DNA from: an uncultured bacterium
GTDB lineage: Bacteria > Oederibacteriota > Muellerivitia > Muellerivitales > Muellerivitaceae
DNA length: 64,000 nt
Reading direction: 5' to 3'
Assembly: GCA_964392085.1 (NCBI GenBank)
Contig: CAYMOV010000005.1
Coordinates: 5,343-69,342 of the forward strand
The notes beneath the pieces are model-generated. The model was not told where the DNA came from. It was given only the letters and a program-made list of their open reading frames with translations, and did not search any database. The first letter of the stretch is position 1, and each line of letters begins with the position of its first letter. The position numbers and the translations under genes were made by a program. Below, piece by piece: positions 17,835-27,446 of the stretch.

Positions 17835-19160
17835 TCAGCGGGCTTCGGCTTGCCCATCCGGATAGAAGAGTTTGTAGCTCCCGTCGCCCAGCAGCACCAT
17901 GACCTCGGTGATCCGGCCGTTGGCGTTCTCGGTGAACCGCGCGTCCGTGGCGCCGGACACCAGGAAGACCGGCGCGAAGGCCGGGGTGGCGCTCATGTCG
18001 TAGAGGAAGGCGTCGTTGGAGGCGCCGTAGATCTTGATGGCCCGGGTATTGTCGTGGCTCCAGAAAACCGTCCCGGAAGCCGAGCCCGAGGGGGCGGGGG
18101 CCGTCGCGGAATCCGGCTGGGTCACCGGATCAGCCGCGTCGCTGGCCGGGTAGTATTCCTTGTCCCGGTAGACATACACCACGTCCACCCGGGAGGGATC
18201 CTGCCACCACCAGTAGCCGTCGTTCCAGTAGCACCAACGGTCGAAGCTGTCGTCGTACCACCAATACCGGTCGCCGTAATAGCGGGTCCAGAAGCATTGG
18301 TCCCCGAGGTACCAGCCGTACCAGTTGTAACCCCACGGGTCGTTATAGTGGCAAAACCGGTTGCCGCCGTAATCGTGCCAGTAGTAGCGCCCCCGGACGT
18401 TTTCATCCCGGTTGTACCTTCCCACCTGGCCCAAGACCAAGCGGTTGTTCATGTAGACGTTCATGGACTTGGCGGCCGGCGGTCCGCCGGCGACGCGGGA
18501 CATCAGCGCCCTTCCGTCGGGTCCCCGTTGGGGCACCGCGACCCTCGATTCGGCCCGGGGGGTGCTCAACAGGTGGTCGCGCTCCCGGATCGGCGAGGGC
18601 CTTGGAACGCCCTGCAGGTGCGCCCGGTTCTGTTGATAGGTCCCAGGGTGGACGCCCGCCGGACGGCGGTATGAGTTGTCCCGTACCTGGTTCGACCGGT
18701 TTCCGGTCCTCGCGTCGTTCCCCAAACGAACCCGTGGGTTTTCCACGGGACGGGATTGCTGTCCGTTGTTCCCGGGACGGGCCTGCTGCCCGTTGGCCGC
18801 CGGGCGGACCCTTTGTCCCTGGACCCCGGCGTTTTGGCCGCCATTCGGGGCGACCCGGCCGATCAGGCCCGCGGGTTGTTCGCGTTGGGGCGCGGCCCTT
18901 TCCGTCCGCGATTGGGCGGCTCGGTGGGCCCGGACGGGCTGGTCCCCGGAAACCGTCCTGTCCACCCGGGTGTCGTCCCGGGTGGTCGACACGGTGTCGC
19001 GCGCCGGGGCATCCCCACGGTCATCGCTAGCCGAAGCCCGGTCGGGTCGGTCCACCCGGTCCGGACGGCTGTCTCCCGGGTCGTCCCGCCTGGCCAAAGC
19101 CGGAAGCGCGAGGGCAAACGCGAAAAAGGTGATGGCAAACAATTTGAGGTTCTGATTCAT
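17835..19160 (-). CDS. secreted hypothetical protein with an Arg/Asp/Gln-rich disordered region and an extremely Trp/Tyr-rich core
   Basis: Signal peptide MNQNLKLFAITFFAFALALPALA. Roughly 200 aa of low complexity follow. The aromatic core reads YYWHDYGGNRFCHYNDPWGYNWYGWYLGDQCFWTRYYGDRYWWYDDSFDRWCYWNDGYWWWQD and is followed by a ~100-aa beta-rich C-terminal domain. Confidence 0.7.
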   Translation of the reverse strand: MNQNLKLFAITFFAFALALPALARRDDPGDSRPDRVDRPDRASASDDRGDAPARDTVSTTRDDTRVDRTVSGDQPVRAHRAAQSRTERAAPQREQPAGLIGRVAPNGGQNAGVQGQRVRPAANGQQARPGNNGQQSRPVENPRVRLGNDARTGNRSNQVRDNSYRRPAGVHPGTYQQNRAHLQGVPRPSPIRERDHLLSTPRAESRVAVPQRGPDGRALMSRVAGGPPAAKSMNVYMNNRLVLGQVGRYNRDENVRGRYYWHDYGGNRFCHYNDPWGYNWYGWYLGDQCFWTRYYGDRYWWYDDSFDRWCYWNDGYWWWQDPSRVDVVYVYRDKEYYPASDAADPVTQPDSATAPAPSGSASGTVFWSHDNTRAIKIYGASNDAFLYDMSATPAFAPVFLVSGATDARFTENANGRITEVMVLLGDGSYKLFYPDGQAEAR

Positions 19161-19356
19161 GTCTATTCTCCCGATCCAATGGACTGCCTATAAGTTTAGA
19201 CGACAGGAAGCGCCTACGGTTCCAGTAAAAACGACTGAATAACCCCGCGCTTCCCTCCCCACGGTGATTTGACGAGGGCAAAGGACGGCGGGTGTCGCCC
19301 GGGAATGGCGCTAAAAACCGGTTATACCAACCACAAAGGGGGTTTTCATCCTCCGG

Positions 19357-19629
19357 CTAATGGCCCGACCCTGGGCTGAAAACGGGCGGGCGCGCTGGGG
19401 TCGAGACCGGGAAGACCGTATGGGGTTCGAAATGGAGATCCGATAACCGAACGACCAACCGGTAATCCCCCGGATGGGCCAGGTCCTCCACGAAGGCCCT
19501 GCGCCAAAGGTCGATGTCCAGGACCCGCACCTTCATCCCGCGAAACAAGGCCGTTTGCCCGACGAACCAGCGGCGCAATTCCTCCCGTCGAACCTGCGGG
19601 AGGGGTTCTTGGATATCCGGTTGGGCCAT
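19357..19629 (-). CDS. hypothetical protein
   Basis: About 90 aa, downstream of the PQQ-repeat gene on the same strand. The ATG at 19629 has a GAGGTG RBS, and a GTG at 19638 is also possible. No recognisable motif. Confidence 0.35.
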   Translation of the reverse strand: MAQPDIQEPLPQVRREELRRWFVGQTALFRGMKVRVLDIDLWRRAFVEDLAHPGDYRLVVRLSDLHFEPHTVFPVSTPARPPVFSPGSGH

Positions 19630-19707
19630 GGGAGACACCTCAGGCCGCCCATTCTACTCCCGGCCACGGCCTGACAAAAGATGGTTCTAGAAGGCCTTTT
19701 GTCGGGT

Positions 19708-22700
19708 TTATCGGAGCAGGACCAAAGGCAGGACATACCGGCGGACTGGAGTCGTCAACACCAGGTAATACAGGCCGTCCGAGAGCGGCGCGCCCCGCCG
19801 GTCCCGGGGATCCAAGGGGACGGACCATTCCCCCGCCTTGATATTCGTAAAGGACCACTCCGCGATTTTCCGGTAGGCCGTCGTGAAGACCGCGACGCGC
19901 ACCCAAGCCTGGGGACTTTCCCAGTTGGCCGAAAGGGTCAGGGGTCCCGTTCCCCGCCAGGGGTTTGGAAAGAGGACCGGGGGCTCCGGACCCACGCCCG
20001 CCGTCCCGGTCGGGGTCGGCGACGGGGACCCGGTCCAGGTCGGAGTGGCCGTCACGGAAGCCGTCGGCGTGCCCATAGGACTCGGTGACGGGGACGCAGT
20101 CTCGGTCGCGCTCGGTGTAACGGTCCAGGTGGACGACGGTGTTTCCGTCCACGAGGCCGTCGGGGTGGCGGTCCGGGTCGGCGGGGGCGGCGTTGCCGAA
20201 GGCGTAGGGCTTGAGGTGAGGGACGCCGTCCCGGTTGGAGAAGGCGTTGAAGTGTCGACCGGGGGCGCCGTCGGGCTAGGCGTCAACGTTGACGAATGGG
20301 TTGGGGTTGTTGTTGTAGTCGGCGTCCCACTCGCCGTCCCAGTCGGCGTTAAGGAAGCTGTCCCGCTCGCCGTGGGGCTTGGGGACGGGGACGCAGTCTC
20401 GGTCGCGCTTGGAGTCCGGGAGGGCGACGCCGTCGGCGTCCCGCTTGGGCTCGGGGAGGCGGTTGAACTGGCGGTCGCTGAAGCCGTGGGCGTAGCCGAC
20501 GGGGTCGGCGTAGTCGAATCCGTCGAGGTGCGGGTCGGCGAGGCGGTGGCGGTACTGGTCGCCGTCGCCGAAGCCGTGGCCGTCCGGGTCGGGGTCGCCG
20601 TAAACGTCGCGGATGGTGTCGGGGTGGCCGTGAGGGTCGAGGAATAGGTGGCCGTGAAGGTGGCTGTCCCAGTCGGCGTTGATGAAGCTGTCCCGCTCGC
20701 CGTGGGGCTCGGGGACGGTGACGGAGTCACGGTCGCACTTGGAGTCTGGGAGGGCGACGCCGTCGGCGTCCCGCTTGGGGTGGAGGTCCTGGTCGCCGAG
20801 GCCGTGGCCGTCCAGGTTCGGGTCGCCGTCAACGTCGCCGAGGAGGTCGGGGTGGCGGTGGGAGTCGAGGAAAAGGTAGCCGTGAAAGTACCCGTCCCAG
20901 TCGGCGTTAACGAAGCCGTCCCACTCGCCGTGGGGCTCGGGGACGGTGACGGAGTCACGGTCGCGCTTGGAGTCCGGGAGGGCGACGCCGTCGGCGTCCC
21001 GCTTGGGGTCGGGGACCGGGTGGACGTCGCCGTGGCCGTCAAGGTAGCCGTGGAGGTTCTGGTCGGGGTGGCGGTGGGCGTAGACGTCCAGGTCGGCGTG
21101 GCCCCCCCGATCAAGCCGTACACCACCAGCTGGCCGGCGGCCGGGACATAGACCTTCCCGTTGACGATGCTGGGCGGCGTGAACTTCACGTTGGCCGCCA
21201 CGGCGCTGTCCCGGGCCGCGTTTTGGGAGCTGTTGTAGAGCTCGGTGGCCAGGTTCGTGGCGTCGTAGGCGTGCAGGACCGCGGGGGTGCCGGGTTGGAT
21301 CGCCCAAACGATGCCGTTCGTCGTTCCGTTGGAGGACACGCTGGGAACGCAACCCGGGTAGGCGTAGGTGGCCGAGGTCTGGGAGGAGGCCGTGGTGTTG
21401 TAAAGGCCGTTCGCCAGGCTGAAGGCCCGGAGCACCTGCCCCGACATGCCCCAATAGACGAAGCCGTTGAAGATCGCGGGGTTGGTGAATCCCGCGTTGG
21501 TGGCGGCCGTCCCGACGTGGAATTCCTGGACGTCGTTGTCCGTCGCGGCGTTGTAATGTCCCATGTTGTCCCGGTCCACCAGGTACACCTCCCCCGTCTT
21601 GGCGCCTCCTGTCATGAGGTGGGGATGGGCCGCGCTGCCGTAGGAATCCGGCAAAAGCACGCCTCCGGTGGAGCCCAAGTCCTGGTCGGTGTTGCTGAGG
21701 GTGCCCTGGTTCGAGGGCGTGAAGTAGTCCGCCGGGGTGAGGGCCGTGACCCCGGCCGTCAGTTTGAGGAAGCTGTCGCCGTAGTCCCGCCCCCCCGTGT
21801 TGGCGTCGAAAGTGCCGTTCGCGGTGAGGACAAACAGGTTTCCTGAGGCATCCACCATCGGGGCCCCGCCGCTGTTCCAGAGGGACGCCTCGCTCCCGTC
21901 GGGCGCCACGTTGTAGACGATGGTCTGTTGGCTGATGTCCGAGGCGTTGTAGCCGATGATCCAGCCCTGGTAGGTGCCCCAGTTGTTCAGGTCACAGTGG
22001 GAGGTCCAGGAGGTGTAGATCACCCCGTTGGACTCGACCAATCCGCATCGTTCCTTGTAGGCCCGTGCATTGAAGGTATCCGTCGTCCCTCCCTGGCCCG
22101 TCCCCGGCACGCTGGCCTGGACCGTGGTGGGGCCGTTCGCCGCCTCGGCCCCGGAGGAGAGGTCGAGCGCGTGCAGGACCTGGTAGAACTGCGTCACGGG
22201 GCCCGCGGTCACCTGCTTGATCATCCCCACCAGGTAGATCTTCCCCTTCGCCGGGTCGATATAAGGCGTGTCGGTGATGCCGATCTCCGGGGTGATCTGG
22301 GTGCAATTCGCCACGTCGGCCAGGGCCACCGTGGTGACCCCGGCGGCCGCGTTCAGGAAACTGACCTGCCAAAGCGGCGCTTGGGGGGAATCGGCGTCGA
22401 AGGCGTAGACGCTGTCGTGCTCCGTGCAGACATAGACCACGTTGTGGTTGCCCTTGCCCAAAATCGCCTGGTTGGGGACGTAAAGGGGTTGGCCGTAAAT
22501 CTGGCCGTCGACCGCGTCGGAATACAGCTTGCCGAAGGTCGCTTGGTTGACGACCGACGTCGAGAGGATCGTCTCGTTGGGGTTGAGTCCCGTGCGGGAA
22601 TCGTCGTTATGGTAGGACAATAGGGGGGTCTGGCCCCAGGCGGCGCCCACGAGGGTGACCGAGAGGGCGAGGATCAAGTTGTGGGCAAGCCGCGCAGGAC

Positions 22701-22716
22701 GGAATAAGGGCGCCAA
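19708..22716 (-). CDS. secreted PQQ-like beta-propeller protein with triplicated Pro/Thr/Ser-rich repeats and a C-terminal sorting (T9SS/Por-type) domain
   Basis: Signal peptide MAPLFRPARLAHNLILALSVTLVGAAWG. The ~490-aa N-terminal domain has repeated PQQ-type blades (VYAFDADS, GKIYLVG, GNLFVLT, GEVYLVD, GFVYWGMSG, GKVYVPAAGQ). Three ~48-aa repeats TPSGTPTASPSRTPSATVTPSPSPSPTASGTASLTPTGTG follow. The C-terminus reads VLFPNPWRGTGPLTLS...LYYLVLTT. Confidence 0.85.
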   Translation of the reverse strand: MAPLFRPARLAHNLILALSVTLVGAAWGQTPLLSYHNDDSRTGLNPNETILSTSVVNQATFGKLYSDAVDGQIYGQPLYVPNQAILGKGNHNVVYVCTEHDSVYAFDADSPQAPLWQVSFLNAAAGVTTVALADVANCTQITPEIGITDTPYIDPAKGKIYLVGMIKQVTAGPVTQFYQVLHALDLSSGAEAANGPTTVQASVPGTGQGGTTDTFNARAYKERCGLVESNGVIYTSWTSHCDLNNWGTYQGWIIGYNASDISQQTIVYNVAPDGSEASLWNSGGAPMVDASGNLFVLTANGTFDANTGGRDYGDSFLKLTAGVTALTPADYFTPSNQGTLSNTDQDLGSTGGVLLPDSYGSAAHPHLMTGGAKTGEVYLVDRDNMGHYNAATDNDVQEFHVGTAATNAGFTNPAIFNGFVYWGMSGQVLRAFSLANGLYNTTASSQTSATYAYPGCVPSVSSNGTTNGIVWAIQPGTPAVLHAYDATNLATELYNSSQNAARDSAVAANVKFTPPSIVNGKVYVPAAGQLVVYGLIGGATPTWTSTPTATPTRTSTATLTATATSTRSPTPSGTPTASPSRTPSATVTPSPSPSPTASGTASLTPTGTGTFTATFSSTPTATPTSSATLTATRTWTATASATRTSTPSGTPTASPSQTPSATVTPSPSPSPTASGTASSTPTGTATFTATYSSTLTATPTPSATFTATPTRTATASATATSTATASPTRTSTDSTTPTPSATPTASATASSTASPSPSGTPTASPSRTPSATETASPSPSPTASGTASLTPTGTASGTPTTTTTPTHSSTLTPSPTAPPVDTSTPSPTGTASLTSSPTPSATPPPPTRTATPTASWTETPSSTWTVTPSATETASPSPSPMGTPTASVTATPTWTGSPSPTPTGTAGVGPEPPVLFPNPWRGTGPLTLSANWESPQAWVRVAVFTTAYRKIAEWSFTNIKAGEWSVPLDPRDRRGAPLSDGLYYLVLTTPVRRYVLPLVLLR
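20040..21120. repeat. tandem DNA repeats encoding the PT-rich linker of the 1002-aa gene
   Basis: Near-identical blocks at about 20348, 20688 and 20918, for example cgccgtggggctcggggacggtgacggagtcacggtcgc...gggagggcgacgccgtcggcgtcccgcttgggg. They generate the long alternate-frame ORFs in the track. Confidence 0.6.
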
Positions 22717-22985
22717 GGTTCCCTCGGACGGGATCCGCGAGGCGACCCCGTTTCATTGGATTGGAGAAGGGCGAATTGTACCGCAGGCCTGTTCAAATAG
22801 ATGGAAGGGGGCGAAAAGACGGGTTGGTGGGGGAAAACGCTCAACCCGGCGTTAACCTCAGGGGACCGACCATTTTTTGAGGTTGAATCCAAGGAATGAA
22901 CTGGGTCAGGCGGGGACCCATCGGTTTAAGGACGGGATTCCTGCCCTTGGGGCGACCCCGATCAAGCCGAACCGGGAGGTTCGAG

Positions 22986-23795
22986 CTATCCGCTTACCGG
23001 GCCGAACTGGGTGGAGACGTCCCCGGGGAAAATCGCGGGTCCGATGTGGGTCAAGCGGCTCTGGAGGTCCAACCAGATCTCGCCGCCCTTGTCCGTCCAG
23101 CGTTGGCAAAAGCTGAAATCCTCGCTGAGGTAGGTGTTCGTGGCCTGGTCCAGGATGCAGTTGAACAGGGCGTACCGCCAGGGGCTGTCGCGGAGGGAAT
23201 CCTGGTTCTGGTGGTGGCGCCCGTACTTGAGTTCCGGGTACCAGTCGACCATTTTCTCCAGGGCCCGGCGCTTCAGGAGCATGAACCCCGTACCGGCGTA
23301 GCGCACCTTCGCGAAACCGCCCTTCGACTCGATCCGAGCCGGGTTCTCAAACTCCATGACATAGGAAAGCGACGCGGATTCCAGGGAGCCCCGGCCCTCC
23401 TTCACGAGGGCCTCCACCTTCGGCCAATCGTATTTCTTGGCGGGATAAACCCCCGCTGAGAAGTCGGCCGCGAAGTCCAGGAGCCGGAAGGCCTGCTCGG
23501 GCTCAAACGCGATGTCGGCGTCCACGAACAACAGGTGGGTCGCGGAAGGGGTCCCGAGGAATCGCGCCGTCAGGTCCTGGCGGGCGCGGGTGATGAGGGC
23601 GTCCCCCCAGGACATCCAAATCGTGATCTCGATGCCCCGGGCCGTGCAGGCGGCCTGAAGTTTCAGGAGCGACGCCGCGTAGCTGCTCATGACTTGGCCG
23701 CCGTAACAGGGCGTGGCCACCACGAGGTGCATCTTTGGTTCGGACATGCGGCCCTCCCGGTCGCAAAACATCAATTCACCGCTCCTCGCGCTCAC
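22986..23795 (-). CDS. putative glycosyltransferase (GT-A-like, DxD)
   Basis: It carries MHLVVATPCYGG followed by a DAD motif (LLFVDADIAF) and a conserved C-terminal block YLSEDFSFCQRW. The true start is probably the internal ATG at 23732 (MHLVV). Confidence 0.5.
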   Translation of the reverse strand: MSARSGELMFCDREGRMSEPKMHLVVATPCYGGQVMSSYAASLLKLQAACTARGIEITIWMSWGDALITRARQDLTARFLGTPSATHLLFVDADIAFEPEQAFRLLDFAADFSAGVYPAKKYDWPKVEALVKEGRGSLESASLSYVMEFENPARIESKGGFAKVRYAGTGFMLLKRRALEKMVDWYPELKYGRHHQNQDSLRDSPWRYALFNCILDQATNTYLSEDFSFCQRWTDKGGEIWLDLQSRLTHIGPAIFPGDVSTQFGPVSG

Positions 23796-23804
23796 ATCAA
23801 CCCT

Positions 23805-23826
23805 TCATGAACGCGGGTCAGTCCCT
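23805..23826. repeat. 22-nt motif TTCATGAACGCGGGTCAGTCCC (copy 1 of 2)
   Basis: The motif recurs with 20/21 identity at 38922-38945 and includes the palindrome TTCATGAA. It lies in the 56-bp spacer between the helicase stop and the glycosyltransferase start. Confidence 0.4.
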
Positions 23827-23851
23827 GTGGTGATTTGTGGTTGTTGTTAGT

Positions 23852-25576
23852 TTAAAACCATTTTCCGAGCCACTTCTTGATCTGGGATTCCTTGTCCTGG
23901 CCCCCGGCGTTCCCGCGGTTGTCCGGCCGGCGGTTGCGGTCGTTGGGGAACCGGTTGCCCCGGTTGTCGTCGCGCGAGGAGGAGTTCCCGCCCCGACCGG
24001 CGCCCGGTCCCCTGCGGTTCGCGTCCTGGCCCGGGCGGTTTCGGTCACCGCCTTGTCCCGGGCGGTGTCCCGGGTTAGTCCCGGACGGCCTGCCGGAGTG
24101 GGGAGGGGCGTTGCGGTCGCGGCCGCGGAAAGGTCCCTGGTTCTGTCGGTGGGTCTCAAAACCCGCACGGTTCCCGTCCACCTCGTGGGGAGCGGCGCCG
24201 GCCGGAGCGCTGGAACCCGGCCGGGGGTTGCGGTCCCGGCCCTGGTTCGAACCCTGCCGGTGTCCTTGCGGTTGTCCCTGGTGCGGTTGGGAAGGACGCC
24301 CTTGGGGCCTGCCCTGGGACTGGCCTTCCGGACGCGAGGGACCCCTTGACGAATTCTGGGAACGTCCTTGGGGACGTTGTCCCTGGGAGTGGCGCTGGTT
24401 CGGCTGGGAGGAACCCGGCCGGAAGGCCGGCTGGGGATTGATCGCGGCGGCGTGGTCCGTGAAATGGGAGGGCAGGTTGGTGATGGCCACGCGGCCTTCG
24501 CCCAGTTCCTTCAGGATGTCCTTCCATTGACCGGCGTCCTCGGGCGTCAGGAAGGTCAGGGAATCCCCCTCGGCCCCCGCGCGCGCCGTCCGGCCGATCC
24601 GGTGCAGGTAGTCCTCGGGGTTCTGGGGCAGGTCGAAGTTGATGACGTGGGCGATGTGCTGGATGTCGAGCCCGCGGGCCGCGATGTCGGTGGCCACGAG
24701 GATGCGGCTCGACCCGTTCTTGAACTGCTCCAACGCCATGCGGCGCTGGCCCTGGGTGCGGCCGCCGTGGATTCGGACGGCCGACAGCCCCTTGTCCTTC
24801 AGCTTCTGGAGGGTGCGGTCCACGCGGTGTTGGGTGCGGGCGAAGAGCAGGACGGACCCCTCACGGGCCTGGAGCTCGGCGATCAGGTCGTCGAACTTGC
24901 GGCCCTGGCTGGTGTTCATGACCTTCTGGCGGATCTTCTCCACGGCCCGGGACTCGCCGCCCACGGCCACCCGCACCGGCGAGCGCAGGTACTGGTGGGC
25001 CAAGGACTGGATGTCCGGCGGGATCGTGGCGGAGAACATCAAGGTCTGGCGGTCATGGGGCAGTTTGACGCGGATCTTGTTGAGCTGGGGCGCGAAGCCC
25101 ATGTCCAGCATCCGGTCCGCCTCATCCAGCACCAGGAAACCGGTGCGGGACAGGTCCAGGGTGCGGCGTTCCATGTGGTCGATGATCCGGCCGGGCGTCC
25201 CGATGATGAGCCGGGTACCGCGCTTGAGGGCGTCCACCTGGGCGCCCATTCCCATGCCGCCGATCAGGAGGGCGGAATTCAGGTCGCCCCGGTTGCCGGC
25301 CAATTGGCGGAGCACTTCGCGCACCTGGTCCGCCAGTTCGCGGGTGGGAGTGAGGATGAGGGCCGTCTGGCCCGGGTGGGCGGCGAGGTAGCTCAACAGG
25401 GGGATGCCGAAGGCGGCGGTCTTGCCCGAGCCGGTTTCGGCGGAGGCCACGACGTCCTTGCCCTCGAGGCCGGGGGGGATGGACTGGGCCTGGATGGGGG
25501 TAGGTTTCTCAAACTTCATCTTCACCAGCGACTCGTGCAAAAAGGCGGGTAACGCCAACTCCTGGAAGCTTTCCAT
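23852..25576 (-). CDS. rhlE: DEAD-box ATP-dependent RNA helicase with ~200-aa RG/Q/N-rich disordered C-terminal tail
   Basis: Q-motif, AETGSGKT (Walker A), DEAD, SAT and HRIGRTAR motifs in order. The tail is RGG/QG-rich and ends KKWLGKWF. Confidence 0.9.
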   Translation of the reverse strand: MESFQELALPAFLHESLVKMKFEKPTPIQAQSIPPGLEGKDVVASAETGSGKTAAFGIPLLSYLAAHPGQTALILTPTRELADQVREVLRQLAGNRGDLNSALLIGGMGMGAQVDALKRGTRLIIGTPGRIIDHMERRTLDLSRTGFLVLDEADRMLDMGFAPQLNKIRVKLPHDRQTLMFSATIPPDIQSLAHQYLRSPVRVAVGGESRAVEKIRQKVMNTSQGRKFDDLIAELQAREGSVLLFARTQHRVDRTLQKLKDKGLSAVRIHGGRTQGQRRMALEQFKNGSSRILVATDIAARGLDIQHIAHVINFDLPQNPEDYLHRIGRTARAGAEGDSLTFLTPEDAGQWKDILKELGEGRVAITNLPSHFTDHAAAINPQPAFRPGSSQPNQRHSQGQRPQGRSQNSSRGPSRPEGQSQGRPQGRPSQPHQGQPQGHRQGSNQGRDRNPRPGSSAPAGAAPHEVDGNRAGFETHRQNQGPFRGRDRNAPPHSGRPSGTNPGHRPGQGGDRNRPGQDANRRGPGAGRGGNSSSRDDNRGNRFPNDRNRRPDNRGNAGGQDKESQIKKWLGKWF

Positions 25577-25807
25577 TCTTATCCTTAGGTGGGTTTATGG
25601 GCCTGCGGTAGGCGCCCACTTTACGCTATTAGGGGCCTTTTGGGGGGGTCTTCGTGGAAACGGGCTTCCCCTTTGGCCTTCCCGCCCATCCGGGAAGCCG
25701 GCGCGCTCCGACAAACCCCGGGAGGGCTGGACTTTACATTAGTAATATCTTATATACTAATACACGAAACAGCCGGGCCTTCCGGCCGTACCTAACAGGA
25801 GTCTCCC

Positions 25808-26191
25808 ATGAACAGCTGGATGATTGGGGCGGTTGTCGCGGTGGTGGTGTTCTTCTTCCTCAAGCCCTCGGTGCCGTCGGCGGCGCGGTTGTCCCCCACG
25901 AGGGTGCGGGAGGACATGAGGAGCGGGAAGGACCTCCAACTCATCGATGTCCGGACGCCGGAGGAGTTCCGCTCCGGCCACCTGCCCGGCGCCCGCAACC
26001 TGCCCCTCGACGGCCTCGACGCCGGCGCCAAGACCCTGGACCCGAACAGGCCGCTGATCGCCTATTGCCGCGGCGGCCACCGCAGTTCCATGGCCCTGAA
26101 GATTTTGGCCGCCAAGGGCTTCACCCAGGCCAAGCACATGGAGGGCGGGATCTCCGCCTGGTCCGCCGCCGGCTTCCCGGTCATCCGGTAA
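25808..26191 (+). CDS. single-domain rhodanese-like sulfurtransferase with N-terminal TM/signal anchor
   Basis: 127 aa, with the active-site loop YCRGGHRS. Confidence 0.8.
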   Translation: MNSWMIGAVVAVVVFFFLKPSVPSAARLSPTRVREDMRSGKDLQLIDVRTPEEFRSGHLPGARNLPLDGLDAGAKTLDPNRPLIAYCRGGHRSSMALKILAAKGFTQAKHMEGGISAWSAAGFPVIR

Positions 26192-26205
26192 CGGCAACCG
26201 CTTAT

Positions 26206-26322
26206 ATCACCACAGGGACACGGAGACACAAGAGTAAGCCCTCCAAAACGCAAATCATTTACCCTTTTAAAAAAAGGAAGTGCGTCCTTCGCTTTATTGT
26301 GCCCCTGTGTCTCTGTGGTGAA
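26206..26322. repeat. intergenic inverted-repeat element, copy 2
   Basis: Arms atcaccacagggacacggagacacaa (26206-26231) and ttgtgcccctgtgtctctgtggtgaa (26297-26322) flank a 65-bp AT-richer core. It sits between the rhodanese stop and the nmrA stop. Confidence 0.5.
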
Positions 26323-26339
26323 TCATCGTGGTTGTGGCC

Positions 26340-27239
26340 TTACGCCTTGGCGAAGGCAGGCGCCATGCCCCGCACAAACTCCTCCACCGAAGTCTTGCCC
26401 CGGTGGGTCCCCTCCAGTTTCTGCGTGGGTTCCACCCGCCCCTCGTTGAAGGCGCGGTTCATCTGGATCATCAATTCCGCCATATCCGGCTTCATGCCGC
26501 TCCCCACCATCCCCTGCTTGGCGTCCTCATAGGGGAACTGCACGTAGGGCAGGCCGAACTTGCCGATGACCGCGCCGATGAGCGAGGCCACCTCGGCCAG
26601 GGTCACGTCGCGCGGCCCGGCGAACTCGAACGGCACGTTTCCCTTGAACGACAGCTTGTCCAGGAAATCGGCGGCCGCGGCCCCGATGTCCCCCGTGGCC
26701 ACCATGCCGATGCGTAGGTCGGGGCGGATCGGCGTCCCCAAAACCCCCATGCCTTGGATCACCGGGATGGACCAAAGAAGGTTCTCCATGAAATACCCCG
26801 GCCGCAGTTGCAGGACGTTCAAGCCCGGGATCGAAGCCAGGCGTTCCTCCTGCCGGTGCAGGTTCACGATGGGCCCCGTCCCCTCGGTCCGGTCCGCCCC
26901 GATGGAACTTAGGTGCACGACGTACTTCACGCCGGAGTCTTTCACGGCCTTCGCGATGGCCTCCCCGGTTCGGTTCTGGTAGGCGGAGAAATCGGCCTCG
27001 TCGTAGGCGGGCGGGATCATGACGAACACCCCGTCCGTTCCCCGGAAGGCCGCCGTCAGGGCGGACGCGTCGTCGAACGCGAGGGGATGGGGCTCGGCGC
27101 CCTTGAGCCTGAGGGCCTCCATCTTGACCAGCGTGCGGCCCAGGGCGCGGACCCCGTGGCCCTTCTTCAGCAGTTCCTCGGTCAGGACCTGGCCGATATG
27201 GCCCGTGGCCCCCATGACGGCGTAAGTGCGGTTCGGCAT
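26340..27239 (-). CDS. NmrA-family NAD(P)-binding protein
   Basis: 299 aa. It starts with YAVMGATGHIGQ (GxxGxxG) and has the NmrA/SDR-atypical fold order. Confidence 0.85.
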   Translation of the reverse strand: MPNRTYAVMGATGHIGQVLTEELLKKGHGVRALGRTLVKMEALRLKGAEPHPLAFDDASALTAAFRGTDGVFVMIPPAYDEADFSAYQNRTGEAIAKAVKDSGVKYVVHLSSIGADRTEGTGPIVNLHRQEERLASIPGLNVLQLRPGYFMENLLWSIPVIQGMGVLGTPIRPDLRIGMVATGDIGAAAADFLDKLSFKGNVPFEFAGPRDVTLAEVASLIGAVIGKFGLPYVQFPYEDAKQGMVGSGMKPDMAELMIQMNRAFNEGRVEPTQKLEGTHRGKTSVEEFVRGMAPAFAKA

Positions 27240-27446
27240 GCTCGTTCCCCCTGGGTGGTTTGGATGGTTGGGGTAATTTGGCCTTTTCCCGCCTGGGTTT
27301 CAAGGGGTCCCATGAAACCAATCGATGTGACGCCACGCAGGCTTTCCAGGCAAACAGGCAACCAAAAACGGAAAACATCAAAAGTTATGGAGCCACCGAT
27401 GAACACGGATGAACGCCGATAATGCCATAACATCTGAATGAGAGGG

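Noticed and set aside
19883-21454. Long alternate-frame ORFs (392, 254 and 167 aa) inside the 1002-aa gene
   Set aside because: They are generated by the GC-rich PT-repeat DNA. The in-frame 1002-aa protein has a signal peptide, a PQQ domain and a CTD, so these are artefacts.
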